This document shows, one piece after another, positions 28,803 through 39,350 of a stretch of 64,000 nt of DNA. The first letter of the stretch is position 1. Each line of letters starts with the position of its first letter. Below the pieces are notes generated by a model, which was not told the origin of the DNA, did no database searches, and worked only from the letters and a program-made list of their open reading frames with translations. The position numbers were made by a program, and so were the translations under genes. The DNA is taken from positions 5,664,001 to 5,728,000 of the forward strand of contig OZ251539.1 in NCBI GenBank assembly GCA_965243135.1. Direction: 5' to 3'. This DNA comes from Alphaproteobacteria bacterium (lineage in GTDB: Bacteria > Pseudomonadota > Alphaproteobacteria > MPNO01 > UBA830).

Positions 28803-29352
28803 AGGATTTCTGGACGTTGTCCTGATCTTGATCTCCGTGATCGTGTTGATCTGGTTCTTCTCTGGACCTTGGTCGTCCCTCTGGGTCGACATGTCGAGGC
28901 AAACCTGCTTCGAACTCAGGGATCGCCTGTTCTTGCTGGCGTTGGATGGACGGATCGGTTTCGACGACCCCATATACCGCAGGACTCGCGATTGGTTGAA
29001 CGCCTGCATCGGCCACGCGCATGAGATGAGATTCTGGAACTTCGTAGCATTCATCGCTGCGTGCAAACCTGATCTCGCTGTCCGCAAGGGTCTCCATGCG
29101 GAAATCCTCGAGATGGAAGACGGGCCGGTGAAAGCCCAATTGCTCGACATAGCCGGTAAAGCGGCCGCCGCGCAGCTCAATCTCATGGTCGTCCGCTCTC
29201 CTCTCCTTCTGGCGATCGCGGCGCTGGCGCGCCTGGCTCTTCTGGTCGGATTTGCAACGGGACGGCTTCGGACCGCCTATGAAAAAATGACCTTTTGGCC
29301 GGAGCGCATGATCTACAGCTACGATTCCCTCGACCGACCCGCAGCGGCATAG
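28789..29352 (+). CDS. Hypothetical membrane protein
   Basis: AAGGAG RBS; overlaps the previous gene; N-terminal TM, FELRDRLF..G.I.F..P.Y, C-terminal TM. Confidence 0.7.
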   Translation: MLTAEGFLDVVLILISVIVLIWFFSGPWSSLWVDMSRQTCFELRDRLFLLALDGRIGFDDPIYRRTRDWLNACIGHAHEMRFWNFVAFIAACKPDLAVRKGLHAEILEMEDGPVKAQLLDIAGKAAAAQLNLMVVRSPLLLAIAALARLALLVGFATGRLRTAYEKMTFWPERMIYSYDSLDRPAAA

Positions 29353-29389
29353 ACGGGTAGAGTCGGGGACTGGCACGTTAGCGGTAGGG

Positions 29390-29830
29390 GCCGGTGGATG
29401 TTCCGTCGCTTTTGCTTCGGACCTCAGTCCGGCTCCTATGGCCACGTTTCCGGTCCCCGCTCTCCGAACCGAACATGCGGATTTCCCGCGCCTCCAGCGG
29501 GATCACCTGCAGCTTCGTTCCGATCTTCTTCTGTATGCCGAGCGACCGGTCCCGCGCCGTTCCCGTTTTCTGCCCGCGAGCGCCGCGCACCTTCGTCGCG
29601 CCGCGGACCGCGCTCGCACCGCGTTTCGACCAGCTGCCAGCCGCGCCCGTCCACCGACTGCTCCCGTCCTGCTTGAGTTGCGCGACGATCTTGTCCGTCG
29701 CTTCCCGGCGGGCGTCTCTCGCCGCTCTCCCTCCTCTTCCATGGCGAAGGCCGTCGCCGCGTCGACACGAGGATGTGCGGCGACGCTCCGCGCCGTGCGG
29801 CTTCGATCCGTTCAATCAGTTCGGCGGCCG
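29390..29830 (-). mobile_element. Eroded ISAs1-like transposase relic
   Basis: Remnants ELIERIE...EATDKIVAQLKQ...RKRGHRSRTEVR resemble ISAs1 motifs (KIV..LKGNQ, GHGRIETR). Confidence 0.4.
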
Positions 29831-30050
29831 TCGGGCTTGCGGCGCGCCGCCGCGGCAACCCGACATTCGCCATCCGCGTAGACCGAGGGTCCGCACGGTT
29901 CCTTGCGGGTCCGCCGGCCGGGCTGGGCGTCGAGCCGACGAAAAACGGCGCAGCGCGAACGCCTCCGAACGCCTTTGCCGACTGCCCGAAATCCGAATAC
30001 TATCTCCCCGGCGAGACTGCATCTTCAGTCGGAGGATCGGGAGAGGCGGC

Positions 30051-31235
30051 ATGACCGCAACGACCGCGGCGGCGGAACTCGTGGAACGCGCCCGTTCCGT
30101 CTCCGAGGAACTGAAGCCGCGGGCCGCGACCGCGGAGGAACTGCGCCGCGTCCCGGCGGAGAATTTCGAACGCGTTTGCGAAGCCGGCCTGCTCACCGTC
30201 ATCCAGTCCCGGCGCTGCGGCGGGCACGAGCTGTCGATGCGCGCCCATCTCGACGTCGTCTCCGCGATCGCCGAAGGCTGCGCTTCGACCTCCTGGGTTC
30301 TCGGCGTCATGCACGCCCACAGCTGGCTGATGGCGCATTTCCCGCACCGGGCGCAGGACGAGGTCTACGGGCAGGAACCGAACACGATGATCTCCGCGGT
30401 GCTGGCGCCGCGCGGAAAGGCGACGCGGCAGTCCGACGGCTCCTACCGGCTCGACGGCTTCTGGCCGTTCGGCTCGGGCTGCCAGCTGTCCAAATGGTTG
30501 ATTCTGGGCGCCGAGGTGTTCGACGAGAAGGGGGAGTTTCTCGATCTCGCGGACTTTCTGATACCGACGGCCGACGTGAATATCAGGGACGACTGGTACG
30601 TCGCGGGGCTGCAAGGCACCGGAAGCTGCTCCCTCGCGGTCGAGGCGCTGCAGATACCGCCGCACCGGTATCTTTCGATACTCGGCCTCATTGCCCGGGA
30701 CACGCCCGGCATGAAGGACGGGTACGAGGGCTGGCTGCACAAGGGCGAGCCGGTGCCCGTTCTTTCCCTCGCCCTGTGCGGCGGCGCAGCCGGGCTCGCC
30801 CGCGCCGCCGTCAGGGAGTTCCGCAAGGCCATCGTCGGCAAGACCGTCGCCTATACCGAGCACGTGCAGACCGAGTGGTCCTCGACTCACGTCACGCTGG
30901 GCGGCGCCGCCGCGCTGGCGGATGCGGGAGAGCTTCTGCTCTACCGCGCGGCCGACGACATCGACCGGCTCGCGCAGGCCGGCGAACCGATGTCCATGGA
31001 AATGCGCGGCCGGATGCGAATGGATTGCTCCCAGGGCGTGCGCTTCGCCCTGGAAGCCGCGGACCGGCTGTTCATCTCGAGCGGCGGCGCGGGGCTCGCT
31101 CTGAAAAGTCCGATGCAGCGGATCTCGCGCGACCTCCACGCGATCAACATGCACGGGCTGCTTCTCCACGAAGCCAGCGCCGAGATTTACGGGCGCGTTC
31201 TGCTCGGACTGGAGCCGAACACCATCATCATCTGA
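30051..31235 (+). CDS. Flavin-dependent monooxygenase, acyl-CoA dehydrogenase fold (HsaA-like)
   Basis: GCASTSW, G.WPFGSGC, DDWYVAGLQGTGS, MQRISRDLHA. Confidence 0.88.
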   Translation: MTATTAAAELVERARSVSEELKPRAATAEELRRVPAENFERVCEAGLLTVIQSRRCGGHELSMRAHLDVVSAIAEGCASTSWVLGVMHAHSWLMAHFPHRAQDEVYGQEPNTMISAVLAPRGKATRQSDGSYRLDGFWPFGSGCQLSKWLILGAEVFDEKGEFLDLADFLIPTADVNIRDDWYVAGLQGTGSCSLAVEALQIPPHRYLSILGLIARDTPGMKDGYEGWLHKGEPVPVLSLALCGGAAGLARAAVREFRKAIVGKTVAYTEHVQTEWSSTHVTLGGAAALADAGELLLYRAADDIDRLAQAGEPMSMEMRGRMRMDCSQGVRFALEAADRLFISSGGAGLALKSPMQRISRDLHAINMHGLLLHEASAEIYGRVLLGLEPNTIII

Positions 31236-31272
31236 CAAGGGCGCGAAGACGCCCTGGAAGGGGAGAAACAGG

Positions 31273-32571
31273 ATGACGAACAGCAACAATCCGAACCGTC
31301 GCAAGTTCATGCGCTATACTGGAGCCGCCGCCCTGGCCGCGGCCCTGCCGGCGCCGGCGGTCCACGCGCAGCGGAGACCGGTGAAGATCGGATTCGTCAG
31401 CCCGCAAACAGGCCCGCTGGCCCCGTTCGGCGAGGCGGACCGGTTCGTGCTGGCCGACGTCAACAAGGCGCTGGCCAAGGGAATCAAGATCGGCAAGCGG
31501 ACCTATCCGGTCGAGATTCTTTCCCGCGATTCCCAGTCGAACCCCAACCGCGCGGCCGAGGTGGCGGCCGATCTCATCCTCCGCGACGAGATCGATCTGA
31601 TGATCGGATCGTCCTCGGGCGATACCGTGAACCCGATTTCCGACCAGTGCGAAGCCAACGAGGTGCCGTGCGTCACCGCCGACACGCCGTGGCAGATCGT
31701 GTATTTCGGGCGGGGCGGCACGCCCGAGAAGGGATTCAAGTGGACCTACCACTTCTTCTGGGGCATCGACGACATGATCGGCGTCTTCATCAGCATGTGG
31801 AAACTGCTGGGGAGCAACGGCAAGGTCGGGTCGCTCATCGAGAACAATACGGACGGCGTCGTCGCGGGCGATCCGAAGCGCGGTTTCCGCCCGCCGATGG
31901 AAGGGGCGGGCCTCGAGTATTTCCAGCCGCCGCTCTTCCCGCCGGGCACGGCCGACTTCACGGCCCAGATCAGCCGATTCAAGAAGGAAGGGGTCGAACT
32001 TCTGACCGGCGTCCTGACGCCGCCCGACTTCTCGACGTTCTGGACGCAGGCGGCGCAGCAAGGGCTCACGCGGCAGTTGAGGGCCGCGACCATGGCCAAG
32101 GCGCTGCTGTTCCCTCCGGCCATCGAAGCGCTGGGCGACCGGGGCCACGGGCTGACGACCGAGATCTGGTGGTCGCCGTCGCATCCGTTCAAATCCGGCC
32201 TGACCGGCAAGACGTCGGCGGAGTTCGCAGCCGATTACACCAAGGAGACGGGGCGACAGTGGACCCAGCCTCTCGGTTTCAAGCACGCGAACATCGAGGT
32301 CGCGATCGACGTGCTCAGGCGCTGCGGCGACCCGGGGGATCCCGAGGCGATCCTGAACGCGATCGAGAACACGAACTACGAGTCGATCGTAGGCCCCGTC
32401 TCGTGGAAGTTCGGCGACCGCCGCAATCCGGTCAAGAACGCCTGCCGGACTCCGCTCGTGGGCGGACAGTGGCGGGCGCAGGGCGGTCGCTTCAAGTACG
32501 ATCTGGTCATCGTGGACAACAGCATGGCGAAGGAAATACCGGTGACGAGCGAGATCAGGCCGCTGGCCTGA
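31273..32571 (+). CDS. ABC substrate-binding protein (LivJ-like, Tat signal)
   Basis: NRRKFM twin-arginine signal; VKIGFVSPQTGPLAPFGE, DSQSNPNRAAEVA. Confidence 0.9.
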   Translation: MTNSNNPNRRKFMRYTGAAALAAALPAPAVHAQRRPVKIGFVSPQTGPLAPFGEADRFVLADVNKALAKGIKIGKRTYPVEILSRDSQSNPNRAAEVAADLILRDEIDLMIGSSSGDTVNPISDQCEANEVPCVTADTPWQIVYFGRGGTPEKGFKWTYHFFWGIDDMIGVFISMWKLLGSNGKVGSLIENNTDGVVAGDPKRGFRPPMEGAGLEYFQPPLFPPGTADFTAQISRFKKEGVELLTGVLTPPDFSTFWTQAAQQGLTRQLRAATMAKALLFPPAIEALGDRGHGLTTEIWWSPSHPFKSGLTGKTSAEFAADYTKETGRQWTQPLGFKHANIEVAIDVLRRCGDPGDPEAILNAIENTNYESIVGPVSWKFGDRRNPVKNACRTPLVGGQWRAQGGRFKYDLVIVDNSMAKEIPVTSEIRPLA

Positions 32572-32599
32572 CGGAGTCCGCCGCGGGCGCTCCGGCCGC

Positions 32600-33325
32600 A
32601 TGGCCACCGTCCTCTCCATTCGGGGGCTCTCCAGGAGTTTCGGTTCGCTGCAGGTGATCGACGGCTTCGAACTGGATCTCGCGTCCGGCGAAGCGCTCGG
32701 GGTCATCGGCCCGAACGGCGCCGGGAAGAGCACGCTGTTCAACCTGATAACCGGGAATCTCGCTCCCGACGCCGGCGCCATCGCGTTCGACGGCGCCGAC
32801 GTGACCTCCATGCCGGTGCACAGGCGTTGCCGGCTGGGCATGGGGCGCTCCTATCAGATACCCCATCCGTTCGGCGGCATGACCGTGTTCGAGAACCTTC
32901 TCGTGGGCGCAACGTTCGGGCGCGGCGGGACCGAGGCGGGAAGCTACGGCGTCTGCGCCCGGATCCTCGAGCTTACGGGCCTTGCCGGGAAGGCCAACGT
33001 CCTCGCAGGCGCGCTTACGCTTCTCGAGCGCAAAAGGTTGGAACTGGCCCGCGCGCTTTCGACGGAGCCGCGTCTGCTTCTGCTCGACGAGATCGCGGGC
33101 GGGCTGACGGAACACGAGGTCCAGGAGCTGGTGGAGACCATACGGGAAATCCGCACGCCGCAAATCTCGGTGATCTGGATCGAGCATATCGTCCATGCGC
33201 TGACGTCGGTCGTCGACCGTCTCGTGGTGATCCATTCGGGCAGGAAACTGGACGACGGCGCCCCCGAACGGGTCATCGCCAATCCCGAGGTCCGCGAGGT
33301 CTACATGGGGATCGCCGTCGAATGA
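32600..33325 (+). CDS. ABC ATP-binding protein (LivG-like)
   Basis: GPNGAGKST, LLLDEIAGGL, IEH. Confidence 0.92.
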   Translation: MATVLSIRGLSRSFGSLQVIDGFELDLASGEALGVIGPNGAGKSTLFNLITGNLAPDAGAIAFDGADVTSMPVHRRCRLGMGRSYQIPHPFGGMTVFENLLVGATFGRGGTEAGSYGVCARILELTGLAGKANVLAGALTLLERKRLELARALSTEPRLLLLDEIAGGLTEHEVQELVETIREIRTPQISVIWIEHIVHALTSVVDRLVVIHSGRKLDDGAPERVIANPEVREVYMGIAVE

Positions 33326-34026
33326 GGCTGTTGGACGTTCATCGGCTGGATGCGTTCTACGGAGACTTCCAGGCGCTGTTCGGCGTGGATTTCTCGATCG
33401 ACGAGGGCGACGCCATCGCCATCATCGGCGCCAACGGCGCCGGAAAGTCGACCTTTCTCAAGGCGGTCGCGGGGCTGGTTTCGGCTACCGCCGACAGGCT
33501 CGAATACCGCGGCGGCGCGATCGGGCGCCGCAAGGCCGCGGACATCGTCGGCCTGGGCATCTCGATGGTTCCCGAGGGCCGGCGCCTGTTTTCCAGCCTC
33601 ACAGTGGAAGAGAACCTGCTGGTAGGAGCGCATGCGGACAGGAGCGGCGTGTGGACTCTGGAGGGGGTCTACGGCCTCTTCCCGCGCCTCAGGGACCGCC
33701 GGAGCGTGCCGGCGACTTCGCTGAGCGGCGGCGAACAGCAGATGGCGGCGATCGGCAGGGCGCTTATGGCCAACCCCGAACTGCTGCTGTTCGACGAGTT
33801 GTCGCTCGGCCTCGCGCCCGTGGTAATCAGGGATCTTTACGCGACGCTGTCGCGGATCCGGGCCGAAGGAATGTCCATGGTGGTCGTGGAGCAGGACATC
33901 AGCCAGGCGCTGGCGATTTCCGATCGCGTCTACTGCTTTCAAGAGGGCCGCGTGTCGCTGACCGGGCGTCCTTCGGACTTCAGCCGGGAGCGGATCGTCG
34001 AAGCCTATTTCGGACGCGGCGCATGA
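33322..34026 (+). CDS. ABC ATP-binding protein (LivF-like)
   Basis: GANGAGKST, VPEGRRLF, LSGGEQQM, DELSLGLAP. Confidence 0.92.
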   Translation: MRLLDVHRLDAFYGDFQALFGVDFSIDEGDAIAIIGANGAGKSTFLKAVAGLVSATADRLEYRGGAIGRRKAADIVGLGISMVPEGRRLFSSLTVEENLLVGAHADRSGVWTLEGVYGLFPRLRDRRSVPATSLSGGEQQMAAIGRALMANPELLLFDELSLGLAPVVIRDLYATLSRIRAEGMSMVVVEQDISQALAISDRVYCFQEGRVSLTGRPSDFSRERIVEAYFGRGA

Positions 34027-34895
34027 TCGATTGGGCGAGCACGATCATCAACGGCGTCCTCACCGGCGGCCTCTACGCCATGTTCGCCGCCGGGCTCGCG
34101 ATCATCTTCGGGGTCATGCGGCTGGTGAACATAACGCACGGCGATCTGATCGTGCTGGCCGCCTTCGTCGCCATGGTGGTGATCGAGACGGCCGGCGTGA
34201 ATCCGTTCGTCAGCATGATCGCGGTCCTCCCGGTCATGCTTCTCGCCGGGTACCTGCTGCAGCGGGGAATCCTCAACTACACGCTGGGGGACGATCTGCT
34301 GCCGCCGCTGCTGGTTACGTTCGGCCTGTCCATCATCCTTCAGAACCTGCTGCTGGAGATCTTTTCCGCGGACTCGCAGCGGTTGGACGCCGGGCCGGTC
34401 GAGACCGCGAGCATCGGCATCGCCGACGGTCTCGAGATCGGGCTCTTTCCGCTGATCGTCTTCGCGGTCGCCATACTGATGATCGCGACGGTGCAGGCGG
34501 TATTCAGCCGCACCAGGCTGGGGCGCGCCTTTCGCGCCACTTCGGACGACGCCGAAACCGCGCAGCTCATGGGCATCGACCACAAGCACGTCTATGCGCT
34601 GGCGATGGCGATGTCGCTTCTCCTGGTCGGCATCGCGGGGGTGTTTCTCGGCGTCCGCACCACCTTCGACCCGTCGATCGGCCCCTCGAGGCTGCTGTTC
34701 GCCTTCGAGGCGGTCATCATCGGCGGCCTGGGCTCGATCTGGGGGACGCTGGCGGGGGGCGTGATCCTCGGGCTCGCCCAGAACGTCGGGGCGAAGCTGA
34801 ACCCCGGATGGCAAATTCTGGCTGGCCACCTCGTGTTCCTCGCGATCCTGATCGTCCGGCCGAACGGCCTGTTTCCCAGAACCCGCGATGACTGA
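34023..34895 (+). CDS. ABC permease (LivH-like)
   Basis: GL.IIFGVMRLVNITHGD, GRAFRA, IIGGLGSIWG. Confidence 0.92.
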   Translation: MIDWASTIINGVLTGGLYAMFAAGLAIIFGVMRLVNITHGDLIVLAAFVAMVVIETAGVNPFVSMIAVLPVMLLAGYLLQRGILNYTLGDDLLPPLLVTFGLSIILQNLLLEIFSADSQRLDAGPVETASIGIADGLEIGLFPLIVFAVAILMIATVQAVFSRTRLGRAFRATSDDAETAQLMGIDHKHVYALAMAMSLLLVGIAGVFLGVRTTFDPSIGPSRLLFAFEAVIIGGLGSIWGTLAGGVILGLAQNVGAKLNPGWQILAGHLVFLAILIVRPNGLFPRTRDD

Positions 34896-35913
34896 CGGCT
34901 CCCCGGGGATCTCGGTAACGCGCTCGACGCGCGCGAGCCGGGCGGGCGCGATCGCCGCCCTCGTTCTCGTCGGCATCCTGATCGCGGGGCCGTACTGGCT
35001 TTCCCGCGCGGACGCGCGCCTCATGGTGGAGGTCTTTTATTTCCTCGCGCTGGCCCAGATGTGGAATCTGCTGGCCGGATACGGCGGCCTGGTATCGGTG
35101 GGCCAGCAAGCCTTCCTCGGCCTGGGCGGATATCTGCTGTTCATCCTCGCCATCCATTTCGGGGTCGGCGCGCTGTGGACGGTGCCGCTGGCCGGGCTGA
35201 TCGGCGCCGTCGTTTCCCTGCCCGTCGCGTTCCTGGTTTTCCGGCTTCGCGGCCATTACTTCGCCATCGGCACCTGGGTCGTCGCCGAGGTGTTTCTGCT
35301 CGGCTTCGCGCAGGTCAAGTCGCTCGGCGGGGGGTCCGGGATGAGCCTGCCGATTTCGGCCATCCGTTCGATCGCGGACAGCCGGGCCGACCGGGAATTC
35401 GCCGTGTACTGGGCGGCCCTCGCCGTGGCCGTCGCGGCGGTCGCGGGGATCTATCTCCTGCTCAAGTCGCGGCACGGCCTTGCCCTGACCGCGATCCGGG
35501 ATTCCGAGGAGGCGTCGCGCAGTCTCGGGGTCGACAATTTCCGCACGAAGCTGACGGTATACGTCATCGCGGCGTTCGGAACGGCGGCGATCGGCGCGTT
35601 GATCTATCTGACCAAGCTCCGCATAAGCCCTTCGGCCGCGTTCGACCTCAACTGGACCACCACGGTCATATTCATCGTGGTGATCGGCGGCATCGGAACC
35701 ATCGAAGGGCCGATCGTCGGCACCGTCATATTCTTCCTGTTGCGCGAGCCGCTTTCGCATCTGGGAAGCTGGTACCTGATCCTGTTGGGCGCTATCGCGG
35801 TCGTCATCATGTTGAAGTCGCCGCAAGGAATCTGGGGGATGGTCGCGAGGCGTTACGATCTCCACTTCTTTCCGGTTCAGCGCCGGGTTCGGGATCCGGA
35901 ATCCGCGCCGTGA
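34888..35913 (+). CDS. ABC permease (LivM-like)
   Basis: WNLLAGYGGLVSVGQQAF, RLRGHYFAIGT, VIGGIGTIEGP. Confidence 0.92.
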   Translation: MTDGSPGISVTRSTRASRAGAIAALVLVGILIAGPYWLSRADARLMVEVFYFLALAQMWNLLAGYGGLVSVGQQAFLGLGGYLLFILAIHFGVGALWTVPLAGLIGAVVSLPVAFLVFRLRGHYFAIGTWVVAEVFLLGFAQVKSLGGGSGMSLPISAIRSIADSRADREFAVYWAALAVAVAAVAGIYLLLKSRHGLALTAIRDSEEASRSLGVDNFRTKLTVYVIAAFGTAAIGALIYLTKLRISPSAAFDLNWTTTVIFIVVIGGIGTIEGPIVGTVIFFLLREPLSHLGSWYLILLGAIAVVIMLKSPQGIWGMVARRYDLHFFPVQRRVRDPESAP

Positions 35914-36034
35914 CGAGGCACGTCGTCCGGACGGCGGAAGCGGGACGCTCGCGGGCGGCGCGCGCCGGTTCCGTCCCGAAACGCGCGGCCGGCGGAGAAC
36001 GGCGGCCGGCAGGCGTCGCGAAGCGCCCGGGCGA

Positions 36035-37219
36035 ATGACGGACGCGCTGGAAATCAGGGACGAGGCGGAGCGGGCGGCGGCTCTGGAGAAGCGGGCGAAC
36101 GACCTTCTTCCGGTTCTGGAAGCGCGCGCGGCCGAGACCGAGAGCCTTCGCCGGCTGCCTGACGCCACCGTCGCCGATCTCGCGTCGGCGGGATTGTCCC
36201 GGCTTTGCCAACCACGGAAATACGGCGGCGCGGAACTGCCTCTGGACCGCGCGGTCCGCATCGTCGCCGCGGTGGCACGGGGCTGCGGGTCGTCGGGGTG
36301 GATCTGCGCCGTCCATTCGGATCATTCGATTCTCCTGAGCATGTTTTCCGGCGAAGCGGCGGAGGACGTCTGGGGCGAAAAACCGGAAGCCGTGATTTCC
36401 GCCGGGCTTCGCCCGACGGGCCGCGTCGAGCGGGTTTCCGGCGGCTGGAGACTCTCGGGCGAGTGGGGATGGGTCAGCGGCTGCGATTTCGCCGACTGGT
36501 TTCTTCTGGCGGCCATGGCGCCGGTCGGGCGGACGGGCGCGACGCACACTTTCTTTCTCGTTCCGAGGCGCGAGGCGACGATCGAGGACAACTGGCGCGT
36601 GATGGGCCTGCGGGGGACCGGCAGCAAGAACGTGGTTGTCGGAGAAAGTTTCGTGCCCGATCACCGGACGCTTCCGCGCCCGCTCGCCAACGGAGGCGCC
36701 GAGGCCCGGGGAAACGGGGAGACGCGCCCGTTGTACCGCTTGCCTCACGTGACCGCGGTGCCGTTTTTCTTCAACGGCGTAGGCTTGGGAATCGCCGAGA
36801 GCATGTTCTGCGCCGTCAGCGACCGGATTGCGAACGGCGAGGGCGCGAAACTCGTTCCCGCGCGGGCTCTTCAGGCCGGAGTCGCCGAGGCGGCGGCGGA
36901 AATCGATTGCGCGCGCTTGTTGATCGAACGCGACACGTCGGAGACCATGGCGGCGATGCGCGCTGGCCGTCCGCTGACCATGGGGGAGAAGGCGCGCAAC
37001 CGCCGCGACCAGTCCTACGCCGGCCGGTTATGCAGGAGCGCCGTCGAGAGGCTGCAGAGCATGGCGGGGGCCGGCGCGATATTCGACGACCGCGCGGCGC
37101 AGCGGAAATTCCGCGATATGCATGCCGTCGCTGGCCATTACGTTCAGAGCTGGGACATCGCCGGGACGACTTTCGGCGAGGTCGCTTTCGGTCTGGAGCC
37201 GACCTCGCCCCACATCTGA
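36035..37219 (+). CDS. Flavin-dependent monooxygenase, acyl-CoA dehydrogenase fold (HsaA-like)
   Basis: GCGSSGW, GEWGWVSGC, DNWRVMGLRGTGS, QRKFRDMHA. Confidence 0.88.
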   Translation: MTDALEIRDEAERAAALEKRANDLLPVLEARAAETESLRRLPDATVADLASAGLSRLCQPRKYGGAELPLDRAVRIVAAVARGCGSSGWICAVHSDHSILLSMFSGEAAEDVWGEKPEAVISAGLRPTGRVERVSGGWRLSGEWGWVSGCDFADWFLLAAMAPVGRTGATHTFFLVPRREATIEDNWRVMGLRGTGSKNVVVGESFVPDHRTLPRPLANGGAEARGNGETRPLYRLPHVTAVPFFFNGVGLGIAESMFCAVSDRIANGEGAKLVPARALQAGVAEAAAEIDCARLLIERDTSETMAAMRAGRPLTMGEKARNRRDQSYAGRLCRSAVERLQSMAGAGAIFDDRAAQRKFRDMHAVAGHYVQSWDIAGTTFGEVAFGLEPTSPHI

Positions 37220-37364
37220 CCGACGGCGTTGTCGGGCGGACTTTGCCGCGAGGGAGATTTTCGCAAGAGTTTTCACGGGGAGTCCCGCAGCAGGCGCGAA
37301 ACGATCGCTTCGGCAACGCGGCGTCCCGTATTTTGTCCCTCTGCACCCGGCACCGGACGGCGGT

Positions 37365-38912
37365 TCAGACGGTCTCGAACCTGAAATCCACGATGTTGCG
37401 TTCTTCCCGGCCGAACTCGATCCCGATCAGGTGGACCGGCACGCCCGGACGCCGATATTTGTCCGCGTAGCCGCGTTCCCGTATCTGCGCCAGCGCCCGC
37501 CCTTCCGGCTTCCCGTCCGCGACCTTGAACTCGAACAGGTAGACGCCGCCGTCGTACAGAACCGTCAGGTCCGAGCGGCCGCGCGCCGTGCTCTCCTCCG
37601 CGCGGACGTCCATCCCCGCCGCCACGAAGTGCGAGTAGAGCACGCTCGCGTAGTGCGCCTCGTAGCCGGCCATGCCCGTGTTCGCGTACCACTCGTTCGG
37701 GATGCTCGCCAGCAACGTTCGGAACTGCCGCTCGAGGCCCGCGAAGTCGTTCGCGCGCATCAGGCGGCGCAGCTCCTGGCTCTCCGCCGCGACCGCGACG
37801 CCCGGTGCCATCGTCTGCAGCAGGAGCTCGTTCAGGCTGCGCTTCACCTCCTGGTTCGGGTAGTCCAGCCGATAGAGGAGCGCGTCCCCGTCCCGCTTCT
37901 CGTCGGCGATGGTCAGATAACCGGTCTGGAACAAAAACGTCTCGACGGGAATGCGGTCGACGTCGAGAGCCGACAGCAGCGTGGCGTTCGTGACCGCGCC
38001 CTCCAGGTCCGGCGCCGATACCCGGCGCCGCGCCAGAAGATCGGCGAGGAAGGTCGGCGTGCCGGTCTGGAACCAGTGCTCCTCGAACTCGCGCGTTTCG
38101 AAGAGAAGGAGAATGTCGAACGGGTTGTAGACTCTCTCCGGCCCGCGCCAATTGTAGCCGTTGTACCAGCGCCGGACCTTGTTCCGGTCCAGGCCCTCGA
38201 GTTCCGGGGCGAAGACCGCATCCAGTTCGTCGTCCGTGTAGCCGCAGATGGCGCCGAAACGCGGATCGAGGGTGATGTCGCGCAGGTTGTTCAGGCCCGA
38301 GAAAATGCCCGCCCGCGAGAATCTGCTCACCCCCGTCAGGAAAACGAAACGGAGCTGCCTGTCGCAGGCCTTGATCACCCCGTACAGGCTGCGCAGAAAG
38401 TCGCGGTTGGCCAGCGCCAGTTCCCGGTCGCCGAGCGCGTCCAGGATCGGCTTGTCGTATTCGTCGACCAGAACGACCACCTGCTGTCCGGTGCGCTCGT
38501 GCAGGGCCTCGATCAATTCCCAGAAACGAATCGACGCCTCGACGGATCCCGGTTCGAGGCCGGCGCGCCTCTCCGTCGCCGCCAGCTGCGCTTCCACGGT
38601 TACGCGAACTCCGTCCTGCGCGAGGAAATCGCCCCCTCTGCTGAAATCCAGCCGCACGACCGGATAGCGCGCCGACCAGTCCCACCCGTCGTGCACGGCG
38701 AAGCCCCGGAACAACTCCTCGCTTCCCTCGAACAACTCCTGCAGCGTGTCCACCAGCAGGCTCTTGCCGAACCGGCGCGGACGCGACAGGAAATTGTACT
38801 TGCCCCTCTCGACGAGACGGCGCACATGGTCCGTCTTGTCGACGTAGTAGCAGTCCATTTTCCGGATCTCCCGGAGGGAGGTCATCCCGGTCGGAAGCAT
38901 GCGTCTTTCCAT
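37365..38912 (-). CDS. AAA-ATPase-like + PD-(D/E)XK nuclease protein, copy B
   Basis: Same motifs as copy A; promoter TTGACC-18-TATTCT at 38948-38919. Confidence 0.9.
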   Translation of the reverse strand: MERRMLPTGMTSLREIRKMDCYYVDKTDHVRRLVERGKYNFLSRPRRFGKSLLVDTLQELFEGSEELFRGFAVHDGWDWSARYPVVRLDFSRGGDFLAQDGVRVTVEAQLAATERRAGLEPGSVEASIRFWELIEALHERTGQQVVVLVDEYDKPILDALGDRELALANRDFLRSLYGVIKACDRQLRFVFLTGVSRFSRAGIFSGLNNLRDITLDPRFGAICGYTDDELDAVFAPELEGLDRNKVRRWYNGYNWRGPERVYNPFDILLLFETREFEEHWFQTGTPTFLADLLARRRVSAPDLEGAVTNATLLSALDVDRIPVETFLFQTGYLTIADEKRDGDALLYRLDYPNQEVKRSLNELLLQTMAPGVAVAAESQELRRLMRANDFAGLERQFRTLLASIPNEWYANTGMAGYEAHYASVLYSHFVAAGMDVRAEESTARGRSDLTVLYDGGVYLFEFKVADGKPEGRALAQIRERGYADKYRRPGVPVHLIGIEFGREERNIVDFRFETV

Positions 38913-39093
38913 TCGACAAGAATAGGCCGCCGCAACGGAAACGGTCAATTTATTTCAAACGCGTCACGCCATTTTTTGCCGGCTGCCGTCCGCTCGGCGC
39001 CCTGCGGACGGGCCGCACGGCGGGCAGGCCAAGAGTCGCGCGCCCCGACCTAACGTGCAGCCGCCTCGACGGCCGCGCGGATGGACATGCATG

Positions 39094-39117
39094 GTAAGCG
39101 TTCGGTTGTGGGGTGAC
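39094..39117 (-). repeat. Isolated end of the IS66-derived element
   Basis: gtaagcgttcggttgtggggtgac vs reverse complement of 26815-26838 gtaagcgttcggtcgcggggtgac (2 mismatches). Confidence 0.7.
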
Positions 39118-39123
39118 GGGGAG

Positions 39124-39350
39124 GTAAGCGTTCAGGATCTCTCTCAGGTCGCTTTCGAGAGGACGACCCGTGGCGGCAGGAGCCGGGAGAAGAGGTGCGA
39201 CAGCCTCCCATTCCGCATTCGTAAGGTCGCTCGCCCCGTCTTTCGAGCATACTTCTCTCGGGTGGCCTTGTCCCAAGGCATGGCGGCCTCCACGGGTTAC
39301 GGTACCTTGTGGATACCACAAGGCCACCCGATAGTTTTCAATCAGGCTCT
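39124..39350 (-). mobile_element. IS5-family (IS1031-like) 5' fragment, frameshifted and truncated
   Basis: MPWDKATREKYARK / ASDLTNAEWEAVAPLLP..GRP..DLREILNA; end resembles GAGCCTGATTGAAAA. Confidence 0.75.
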
